Positions 57,155 through 64,000 of a stretch of 64,000 nucleotides of DNA are shown here, in pieces. Numbering within the stretch: the first letter of the stretch is position 1; every line of letters begins with the position of its first letter. Where the stretch lies: positions 1-64,000 of IMG/VR virus record IMGVR_UViG_3300028591_000184; one strand, 5' to 3'. The stretch comes from a virus. Taxonomy: Duplodnaviria; Caudoviricetes. Position numbers and translations under genes: made by a program. The notes beneath the pieces were generated by a model, which worked only from the letters and a program-made list of their open reading frames with translations, made no database searches and was not told the origin of the DNA.

Positions 57155-57550
57155 ATGATTATGAGATTACAAGAGAATTTCCAGAATGTGCTCTCCTATG
57201 CCGCAGGCATGGAGGCATGGGTAAACGACAATCTCCCACTCGGTCCGCTGAAGATGACGTTCGCATCAGACTTCGCCATAGCTGATTGGTACGGAGCGAA
57301 AGAGGTAAAGGAAACCTACGAGCGTGTCAAGGCCGAATGGCTCAGCAACTACAAGGCATTTACTGAGGTTGTCATTGCACTGAACATGCTGTCATGGGCG
57401 CACAACACGCTCATGAGGCAAGGTATCGACGGACGTGAGCCGTTCATCAACCTCTATGCCGAGTTATATTATCAATCGAAAGACGACTTCTATGCCAAGT
57501 ACGAAGGCAACGAGGAAGCCTGCGACTACTTCTTCGAGATGACCGATTAG
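57155..57550 (+). CDS. conserved phage hypothetical (cassette)
   Basis: TFASDFAIADWYG...EW...TE....LN..SW helical family. Confidence 0.75.
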   Translation: MIMRLQENFQNVLSYAAGMEAWVNDNLPLGPLKMTFASDFAIADWYGAKEVKETYERVKAEWLSNYKAFTEVVIALNMLSWAHNTLMRQGIDGREPFINLYAELYYQSKDDFYAKYEGNEEACDYFFEMTD

Positions 57551-57604
57551 TCTTTAACCCTCTATTATAGAGGGTACGATGTTTAACCCCTAAAATTAAG
57601 GAAT

Positions 57605-57922
57605 ATGCCAGAAACAGTTAAGACCGATGCAAAGCGCATCAACGAAATCACAGGCCGTCCGATGGCCGAGTGTGAGAACCAGGCAATGCAGATTGCCATG
57701 TGTGTGAAAGCCATGAAAACTCGCATCGTCGAGTTTTACTTCATCAAAAAGGACGGAACGACGCGACAGGCTTTCGGAACCCTTCAGGATGACATCATCC
57801 TGCCTCTCATTAACAGCGATAGTAACCGCCCTGCCAATCCTGACCTCGTCACTTATTTCGATACGGTGGCACAGAACTTCCGCAGTTTTCGCAAGGAGAA
57901 TTTTAAGTCTTACATAGCATGA
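57605..57922 (+). CDS. WYL_2/DUF2693-like SH3-barrel protein (cassette)
   Basis: VEFYFIKKDGTTRQAFGTL...YFD....FRSFR. Confidence 0.75.
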   Translation: MPETVKTDAKRINEITGRPMAECENQAMQIAMCVKAMKTRIVEFYFIKKDGTTRQAFGTLQDDIILPLINSDSNRPANPDLVTYFDTVAQNFRSFRKENFKSYIA

Positions 57923-58122
57923 TGCGCGACAGGGAAGGAAAAATCATTCGTGTTGGAGATTGTGTGCTTTGGCACGACCCAGACGAAGAAACGCGGGATT
58001 TAACTCGCATTTGGGCCATAGATAAAATCTGTGGAGATAACGAAGACTCCATCATCATTATCTCTGATGAGTATGGGAGTGAAGCGGATGTTTTCGGTCA
58101 CGAACTTGAACTTTATTGTTAG
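57919..58122 (+). CDS. small SH3-like protein
   Basis: DREGKIIRVGDCVLW; coupled to the previous gene. Confidence 0.6.
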   Translation: MMRDREGKIIRVGDCVLWHDPDEETRDLTRIWAIDKICGDNEDSIIIISDEYGSEADVFGHELELYC

Positions 58123-58179
58123 CCTCTCTGCCCACGTTTGCAGGCGTGGGCGCATTATTTAACCAAATTTTTCACGAAT

Positions 58180-58560
58180 ATGAGAACCTACACATTTAAG
58201 ACTACCGCAGAGCAGAAAGTGCTCATCAAGAAACTTGTCGAAGCCATCGAAGCCTGCCGCAAGGCCGACATCCAGTTTTTCACAACCGACGGAGCCAACG
58301 AGCTGTTGTGCTACAACTCCACCGACTTCGACCAAGGGCCAGACACCGGTGACAATCTCTCAGGAGAATGGCAGGAAGGAACCGACCACCTCGGCTATCC
58401 GTGCAAGAGGTGGGTACTCACTGACAAGGCAGAACTTGCCGGATGGATGGAAATCCCCATCGCCGACTGCGACATCATCGACGGCGAAGCTATCGGCGTA
58501 GACTTCGTGTCGTGGGGTTGCTGCAATGACGGCTTCTTCGCCCACAAGAAGCAAGTTTAG
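58180..58560 (+). CDS. acidic hypothetical (cassette)
   Basis: ATG 58180 after a junction. Confidence 0.65.
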   Translation: MRTYTFKTTAEQKVLIKKLVEAIEACRKADIQFFTTDGANELLCYNSTDFDQGPDTGDNLSGEWQEGTDHLGYPCKRWVLTDKAELAGWMEIPIADCDIIDGEAIGVDFVSWGCCNDGFFAHKKQV

Positions 58561-58619
58561 TCTCTCAGCCGTACTTGCATGTACGGCGCAATGTTTAACC
58601 AAATAAATATTATGAAACT

Positions 58620-58892
58620 ATGTTACCAAATCAATTAGAAAAGTACACCAATTACAACAGCTATCTTATCGGCTACAGGAAAGGACAGCATGAAGTCAAC
58701 GAGCAAAGGCTGATGAAATTCATCGGAGTTCTGATAAAGAAGTATAAGAACCCCTACATCAGGTTCATGTGGGTGTCAAATGCAGACAAGCCGATGTGCG
58801 TAATTTATTCTGACGTCAAGAAGATGGAACGTGCAACAAAACTCATCCCTTTCGATGAAGCGGAAAATAACATCACGGAGGAGGGTGTATGA
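58620..58892 (+). CDS. hypothetical (cassette)
   Basis: 90 aa. Confidence 0.6.
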   Translation: MLPNQLEKYTNYNSYLIGYRKGQHEVNEQRLMKFIGVLIKKYKNPYIRFMWVSNADKPMCVIYSDVKKMERATKLIPFDEAENNITEEGV

Positions 58893-59185
58893 CGGAATAC
58901 AAACAGCTCATCTATAAGGTTGAGGACACGTTTATCCTCGGTAAAACATTACCTGTGGTGGCTATGCGACAGCTGCCGAAGTTGGCGGAACAGTTTGCGG
59001 CCCTTCCAGACAGTCCGCTGTATATCAACGGAACACAGAAAGCAATCGCGTCTGGTATTATGACGTTCTATAACACCAATAAACGCTTCATGGATGACGA
59101 ACAAGAACTGTTTGAAGCCTTCAACGTGGCGTGCAAGATGCACCATCACAGCAGATACACGCTCAGACTTTTTGAAGCGCGTTAG
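58889..59185 (+). CDS. hypothetical
   Basis: 98 aa coupled to the previous gene. Confidence 0.6.
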   Translation: MTEYKQLIYKVEDTFILGKTLPVVAMRQLPKLAEQFAALPDSPLYINGTQKAIASGIMTFYNTNKRFMDDEQELFEAFNVACKMHHHSRYTLRLFEAR

Positions 59186-59242
59186 CCTCTCGGAAACCTG
59201 CCACAAAAGACAGGTTTCACCATAAACCAAAACCAAAGAAAT

Positions 59243-59929
59243 ATGAATGAACTTGTAAAAAACATTGAGTCTTTTGCATATAAGTATGGCAAAGAAAACA
59301 AGCAGGTTATGCGTGATTTGTTAAAGTATATTATCGGATATTTTAACCCTGAGCGAACGCCTGACACAACATGGAAATATAGCAAAGAACAGAATGCTGA
59401 GTTCCATCGGATGATGCAGCAATACTTCATCCTCATGGGTGAACAACTCAAGAAGAAAGAGTGGTATGACGCATGGGGTGACATCTTCATGTGGTTCACA
59501 CCAAAGGGAGGCGCAAGAGGGCAATTCTTTACGCCTGACAATATCTGCGACCTCATGGCGCAATGCAACATCAATACAGACACAGAACCGACCATCTTGT
59601 GTGGCGCATTCGGAAAGAGAGTGACAATCAGCGACCCAGCCGCAGGCTCCGCACGAAACCTCCTCGCATCACACGCACGCTTCATTCGTGATAATAAGCG
59701 AAAGCCTTATCTTGTGGCCGAAGACATCGACCTCGACTGCTGCCGCATGTCAGCAGTCAATATGATGGCTCATGGATGCTTCGGTGAGGTGATATGCCAC
59801 AATACACTCGCTGACCCGAAAGGACTTGTAGTTGGATATATCATCAATGAAGGCCTATACCCAATGCAACCAGGCATCCCTACCATCAGAGTCAAACACG
59901 AACCACAATGGTTCGTATCACTACGCTGA
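59243..59929 (+). CDS. HsdM-like N-6 methylase fragment lacking catalytic NPP(F/Y) (cassette)
   Basis: GQFFTP, SDPAAGSA, EDID...NM, HNTL are present; no motif IV before the stop. Confidence 0.75.
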   Translation: MNELVKNIESFAYKYGKENKQVMRDLLKYIIGYFNPERTPDTTWKYSKEQNAEFHRMMQQYFILMGEQLKKKEWYDAWGDIFMWFTPKGGARGQFFTPDNICDLMAQCNINTDTEPTILCGAFGKRVTISDPAAGSARNLLASHARFIRDNKRKPYLVAEDIDLDCCRMSAVNMMAHGCFGEVICHNTLADPKGLVVGYIINEGLYPMQPGIPTIRVKHEPQWFVSLR

Positions 59930-59999
59930 GTCTCTATCATCTTATTGGCAGCAATAAGATGGTCAAATAACCAATTAACAATTATTACGACTCAACCTG

Positions 60000-60254
60000 C
60001 GACACAACAAGTGACACAATTAACACATTGTGTTACAAAGGGTTACGATTAATGGTGACACAAGCAGTGACACAGCAAGTGACACAGCAAAACACCAAAA
60101 CCCCTTAAAACCGCACTTAAAAGTCTGAATTTTTGTAAAATTCCTTTTATATACTTTAATTGCCGTATGAAAGTGACACAGCAAATGACACAACTAAGTT
60201 ATTATATATCAACTTGTTATGTAAAGTGGTGACACAGCAAATGACACAACTAAG
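60000..60254 (+). repeat. second iteron cluster
   Basis: TGACACA at 60012, 60056, 60068, 60080, 60174, 60186, 60230, 60242 (12-bp period within groups). Exact 26-bp repeat at 60173 and 60229. IHF-consensus TATCAACTTGTTA at 60207-60219. Confidence 0.8.
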
Positions 60255-60357
60255 AAAGAAAAAAAAGAAAAAAGAAAAATAGAAAAAAAGAAAAATCCCC
60301 CCACACCCCCTTATAAAGAAAAAATAGAAAAAAGAAAAAATAAAAAAAATAAAGAAA
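60254..60357 (+). other. strand-biased A-rich tract with CCCCCCACACCCCC core (unwinding-element-like)
   Basis: Seen directly, next to the iterons. Confidence 0.5.
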
Positions 60358-60463
60358 CTCTTTGGTCAAAAAACCGTTTTTTTTGCTTTTTTCATAAACG
60401 GAAACCAATCTATCCCACAAAACGTAATCGTATTATAAAAATATTATTAACTTTGCAAACGAT

Positions 60464-61549
60464 ATGGACATCATTATCAAAGGACTCGACTACGAGCAGA
60501 TGCGAAAGTTTCGCAACGCTATATCATACGGATATTTCAACGCCTACGAGCTAAACCCGCGTGAATGGCGGCATACTTTCGTCGGCGCGTTTATCTGGAA
60601 ATACCCAGGGCGCGTGAAACTGATGAACACAATTCGTCAGATTGTCGGACATGTACCAACATGGGAAGACATGGATGAAACGACACTAAAAGACCTCGTA
60701 GAAGAACTCAAAGAGCAGGGTCTTGCACCATCAAGTATCTACACGATGTGCTCTGAACTGAAAGCTGTCCTCAACAGCAACTACAAACGCATACCATGCA
60801 GCAGAGAAGATTTAACGCAAATACTATCGGTCAAGAAAAACGCATCACAGGCTATTTATCTGACACGAGAAGAAATGCAGCTAATCGTTGACTATAAGCC
60901 AGTCGGCGAACTTCAGCATTATGTGCAAAGAAATTTCGTCGTTGAAATGCTGACTGGCGCACGAAGGGTAGATGCTGAAAGACTCACACTCAACAACTGC
61001 GACCCGAACTCTGGCATATTGTCTTATATCCCACAAAAAACACCAAACATCATCGTTCGTGTACCCATCGACGAAAGAATGGGTCTGAGAAGGTTCCTCG
61101 TTAACACAACAAGACGGGAAACGTGTGCAGACGTGTTCAACGAAACACTACGCATCATCTGCAGAAACTGCGGAATAAACGACATGACAACGGTGACAAG
61201 GGCCAACAAGACGATTACCACGGAAAAGTGGAAACTTATATCGTCACACACAGGAAGACGCTCGTTCGCAACAAACCTGTTCCTTGCTGGCGTGTCATTG
61301 GAAGACATCGCCATGATGATGGGACACGGAAAGAACATCGAGACAACGAAACGTTATATCTGTGCAGAACGTGCAGCAACGCCCGCCGTAATAGCTTATT
61401 TCCAGCAAGTAGACGCTGATAAGCAGTCCGAGCAGTACAAAAAAGCATACAACGATGCCATCGACGATGTCTTTGAGATACTTGACACTACGGCAATGCT
61501 CGACAAGGACGGAATTATATATCGAGAGATACATGCACTCAAAAAATAA
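60464..61549 (+). CDS. tyrosine recombinase
   Basis: TGARR, K, SHTGRRSFATNL, MGHG, RY catalytic set; TAACTTTG promoter box at 60448. Confidence 0.9.
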   Translation: MDIIIKGLDYEQMRKFRNAISYGYFNAYELNPREWRHTFVGAFIWKYPGRVKLMNTIRQIVGHVPTWEDMDETTLKDLVEELKEQGLAPSSIYTMCSELKAVLNSNYKRIPCSREDLTQILSVKKNASQAIYLTREEMQLIVDYKPVGELQHYVQRNFVVEMLTGARRVDAERLTLNNCDPNSGILSYIPQKTPNIIVRVPIDERMGLRRFLVNTTRRETCADVFNETLRIICRNCGINDMTTVTRANKTITTEKWKLISSHTGRRSFATNLFLAGVSLEDIAMMMGHGKNIETTKRYICAERAATPAVIAYFQQVDADKQSEQYKKAYNDAIDDVFEILDTTAMLDKDGIIYREIHALKK

Positions 61550-61553
61550 CACT

Positions 61554-61853
61554 ATGGAAGAATACAAAAACCGGCACCGCCCACAGGATGATATACCCTA
61601 TGAGCGCAGAATGTTCTACATCATTCAAGACTACCGAAAGATACTGGAGCAGAACGAACAACTTGCGGCTTATTGTAAAAAACTTGAGAAAGAAATCGAA
61701 AAACTCCGACAGAAAAGTACGGAGCAAGGTCTGACAAACAAAAATTTAGCTGAGATATGCACAAAGCGAAGCAGAGAAATCAAGCGGCTGAAAGCACGCA
61801 TAGATTGGCTCGAAGAACAACTCAGACAATACGGACAGCCTCAAGGCAGCTGA
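61554..61853 (+). CDS. coiled-coil hypothetical protein
   Basis: ATG 61554, heptad-rich. Confidence 0.65.
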   Translation: MEEYKNRHRPQDDIPYERRMFYIIQDYRKILEQNEQLAAYCKKLEKEIEKLRQKSTEQGLTNKNLAEICTKRSREIKRLKARIDWLEEQLRQYGQPQGS

Positions 61854-62013
61854 TGGCGGTATTAACCGCCACCTGCCACATATTCAACCACACGATTAAC
61901 GGCCATGTCAATCTTACGCGCGTTACGCCAACTCTTCGAGCAAAATCCGCCTGCGACAGGTTTAATGCTTTCATTAACTCATCAATTCTGTCTTTAACTA
62001 AAAGCTCATTCAT
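61822..62013 (-). CDS. short Cro/CI-type HTH protein (candidate repressor, possibly truncated)
   Basis: RIDELMKALNLSQADFARRVGVTR; divergent from the cro-like gene. Confidence 0.6.
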   Translation of the reverse strand: MNELLVKDRIDELMKALNLSQADFARRVGVTRVRLTWPLIVWLNMWQVAVNTAISCLEAVRIV

Positions 62014-62065
62014 ACAGCAGCATATTTATTGGTTTATATGGTGTGCTAAATAACGTTAAAATAAT

Positions 62066-62194
62066 ACACAAAATGTGTGCTTTTTCAAACGAAATGTGTA
62101 TCTTTGCAAAGTCGTTCTATCACAAAACAACAAATACATACAAAAAGTGTGTGCGGATAAACCGCTTGAGTGTTTCAAATACGATGCAAAGATA
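62066..62194. promoter_or_regulatory. face-to-face promoters and operator-like palindromes
   Basis: TATCTTTG 62099 (+); CAAAGATA 62187 (-); ACACA-AAA-TGTGT at 62066-62078 plus related copies near 62093 and 62137. Confidence 0.65.
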
Positions 62195-62245
62195 AGGAAA
62201 ATTATTAAAAACGCCAAAGAATTTATTTAAAAATATACAATAGAA

Positions 62246-62467
62246 ATGAAAATTACAGTAAACGACATTAGGGCAATAAAGCCAAACAAGCCTTTAATAT
62301 CGGCTTTATCGAGCAGATTGGAGTGTAACACAACCCGCAATCTCGTATCTTACGTTAACTTGTCATATCCAATAGAAGGATATAAATACAAGTGCCACGT
62401 CACAAGTGAAAACGTAGTACAGATTTCTCTCGTACCTATCGAAAGTGTAGATAATACAAGAGAATAG
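62246..62467 (+). CDS. Cro/Xis-like small DNA-binding protein
   Basis: First gene of the rightward operon; MKITVNDIRAIK. Confidence 0.55.
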   Translation: MKITVNDIRAIKPNKPLISALSSRLECNTTRNLVSYVNLSYPIEGYKYKCHVTSENVVQISLVPIESVDNTRE

Positions 62468-62515
62468 AAATATTAATCGCATCATTAGATGCTGCCAAAA
62501 AAATATAATGCTAAT

Positions 62516-62617
62516 ATGAAACAATTATTCTTCACGCTCATTCCGATTGTAATGAATATTTATTGCTGGATAGTTATCTATCGGGATGCTAAAGATTTGA
62601 CAAGCCTATGGAAGTAA
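62516..62617 (+). CDS. 33-aa membrane peptide
   Basis: MKQLFFTLIPIVMNIYCWIVIYRD; overlaps the start of the next gene. Confidence 0.4.
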   Translation: MKQLFFTLIPIVMNIYCWIVIYRDAKDLTSLWK

Positions 62618-62835
62618 AGACAGTTAAAATCGACACGAAAAAATTGTGGATGTCTCAGAAAGAGACCATGAGGTATCTTGGGGTGAGCAATGACTGGCTG
62701 AAAGAAAAAAGGCTCAGTGGAACACTACATTACTCTAAGGTTGGAACGACCGTCTTTTACATTAAGACGGAAGTTGATAATCTCATTAAGAGAAATGCCA
62801 TAACAGGTATTCCTAATTTCAGAGAAATCGTATAA
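62608..62835 (+). CDS. excisionase-like MerR/HTH_17 protein
   Basis: WMSQKETMRYLGVS...YSKVG...FY...VD. Confidence 0.75.
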   Translation: MEVKTVKIDTKKLWMSQKETMRYLGVSNDWLKEKRLSGTLHYSKVGTTVFYIKTEVDNLIKRNAITGIPNFREIV

Positions 62836-63103
62836 ACTCTTGATAAGCTCATATAAATTACAATCGAGTTCTTTCGCAGTGATGCGCGAGAACTCACCAC
62901 GGATGTCATCTAAACCAGAGATGCAGCTTGCTGCGAGGTCCGATACCTCGGCATCCACAAAAAAGAGTTCTTTGACTTGTTGACACAAAAAGGAAAAGAA
63001 TTAACTAACGTGAGTTCTAATACTCACAAGTGATGAACATTCATAAACGTCTGAAAAGGCAGACGTGGGGTGAAAGTCCCCTGCGAATCAGAACCCAAAG
63101 GGC

Positions 63104-63194
63104 GGGAGTGAAAATTGTGGTTTGATGTAGAAAGACCATAGGAGCAACAGGTTGGTAACGACCATGAGCGCGGGTTCGAGTCCCGCCACTCCCA
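63104..63194 (+). ncRNA. tRNA-like / tmRNA-TLD-like RNA (atypical)
   Basis: Acceptor GGGAGTG/CACTCCC-A; T arm GCGGG-TTCGAGT-CCCGC; GGTTG-GTAA-CGACC arm; no canonical D or anticodon arm; CCA not encoded. Confidence 0.55.
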
Positions 63195-63210
63195 CTATAA
63201 AAACGAAAAA

Positions 63211-63900
63211 ATGAAAAGCGAAGTATATAACACAGATTGTATTAGCTATATGCGCACATTACCAGACAAGTGCTTCGATATAGCTTTGGTCGACCCTCCT
63301 TACGGCATTGGTGAGGATGGGTTGTCTAATCATAGCAGAGGTAAGTGTGCGAAAGCAACGAAATACACCGCGAAATCTTGGGATAAAAAACCAATGCCGA
63401 AAGAATTTTTCAACGAACTATTCCGAGTTAGCAAAGACCAGATTATCTTCGGTGCAAACCACTTCATCAGTCGTATGCCTTACGACTCTTCTTGTTGGAT
63501 TGTGTGGGATAAAGATAATACGGGGGATTTTGCAGATTGCGAACTTGCATGGACATCATTCAAAACAGCTGTCCGTAAGTTCAGATACAGGTGGAACGGA
63601 ATGCTTCAAGAAGATATGAAGAATAAAGAGATACGAACGCATCCAACTCAAAAGCCGGTTGCATTGTACGCATGGCTGCTGAAGAACTATGCCAAGGAAG
63701 GCGACCGTATCTTCGACCCTTGCATGGGCAGTCAGTCGAGCCGCATAGCAGCCTATAAGATGGGCTTCGACTATGTTGGATGCGAACTGGATGCTGAATA
63801 TTTCACAAAGGGCTGTGAGCGTTTCGACCGCGAGTGCAAACATGAATATAAAACTGAGGACGGACACACAATCAAGCAAATGACTTTATTTGGCTTATGA
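63211..63900 (+). CDS. N6/N4 DNA methyltransferase (beta class)
   Basis: VDPPY, WIVWDK, HPTQKPVALY, DPCMGS. Confidence 0.92.
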   Translation: MKSEVYNTDCISYMRTLPDKCFDIALVDPPYGIGEDGLSNHSRGKCAKATKYTAKSWDKKPMPKEFFNELFRVSKDQIIFGANHFISRMPYDSSCWIVWDKDNTGDFADCELAWTSFKTAVRKFRYRWNGMLQEDMKNKEIRTHPTQKPVALYAWLLKNYAKEGDRIFDPCMGSQSSRIAAYKMGFDYVGCELDAEYFTKGCERFDRECKHEYKTEDGHTIKQMTLFGL

Positions 63901-64000
63901 GTTATATCGAACAAAAGAAGGAGTGGCTTGACGAACACCCGAAAGCCACACTTGCCGAGGCTTGGGAAGCCGGCTACCTTCAATCAACGGATAATTGGTG
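63897..64000 (+). CDS. hypothetical protein, 3' partial
   Basis: ATGA overlap; MSYIEQKKEWLDEHP... runs off the window. Confidence 0.55.
   Translation, partial: MSYIEQKKEWLDEHPKATLAEAWEAGYLQSTDNW

Larger units (their letters stand above)
50598..59975 (+). repeat. about 20 conserved inter-gene junctions (AGTCT-hairpin-TAACC-A-rich-ATG)
   Basis: AGTCT at 50599, 50765, 51055, 51289, 51574, 53327, 54394, 54806, 55154, 55493, 56506, 56832, 57549, 58559, 59929; variants at 55805, 56097, 57108, 58121, 59184. Confidence 0.88.

Noticed and set aside
50598-59975. Canonical integron attC array
   Set aside because: RYYYAAC-like and GTTAG-like words occur, but in the opposite order to attC (GTTAG first, TAAC last). 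The stems are short with no L boxes or extrahelical bases, and the recombinase lacks the IntI insertion. Kept only as an analogy.
60241-60357. Lys-rich ORF in the A tract
   Set aside because: It stops after a few codons; low-complexity DNA, not a gene.
63170-63194. attP core copied from a host tRNA/tmRNA 3' end
   Set aside because: The matching 5' acceptor strand is also present, so it is a whole RNA-like unit, and it lies ~1.6 kb from the recombinase inside an operon. Not fully excluded without a host search.
1-64000. IS elements, rRNA, host chromosomal flanks
   Set aside because: No transposase, rRNA-like or housekeeping genes were recognised; every identifiable gene is phage-type.

Overview
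The whole window is phage DNA. It looks like most of a circularly permuted, probably temperate siphovirus of Bacteroidales (Prevotella-like), judged from TAnnTTTG -7 promoter boxes, A-rich translation starts without Shine-Dalgarno motifs, and typical gene families. Layout: (1) 1-7 kb (+): DNA-modification and replication genes (frameshifted PAPS-reductase-like gene, C5 and N6 methyltransferases, PI-PLC-like phosphodiesterase, lambda-O-like initiator with internal iterons, DnaC-like loader). (2) 7-10.4 kb (-): an unexplained eight-gene Cys/Gly-rich operon. (3) 10.5-37.1 kb (-): lysis, receptor-binding, tail and head genes, with three small antisense promoter-terminator units and a lipoprotein moron embedded. 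(4) 37.4-41.4 kb (+): terL, portal, probable terS, divergent from the head genes. (5) 41.4-47.3 kb (-): RuvC-like resolvase, D5/P4-type SF3 helicase, dUTPase. (6) 47.3-48.2 kb: non-coding repeat region, possibly the genome end or an origin. (7) 48.2-59.9 kb (+): about 25 small early genes. About 20 junctions here share one architecture: stop codon overlapping AGTCT, a hairpin (often with a TTGCAT loop), TAACC, then an A-rich run to ATG. An ORF-free array of hairpin+GTACGATA units precedes them. (8) 60-64 kb: second iteron cluster, tyrosine recombinase, minimal cI/cro-like switch, excisionase-like gene, tRNA/tmRNA-like RNA, N6/N4 methyltransferase. The best candidate for an undescribed system is the junction-defined gene-cassette array with its GTACGATA array and adjacent recombinase. 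The eight-gene operon and the structured RNAs come next. All family assignments come from motif recognition by eye; no database searches were run.
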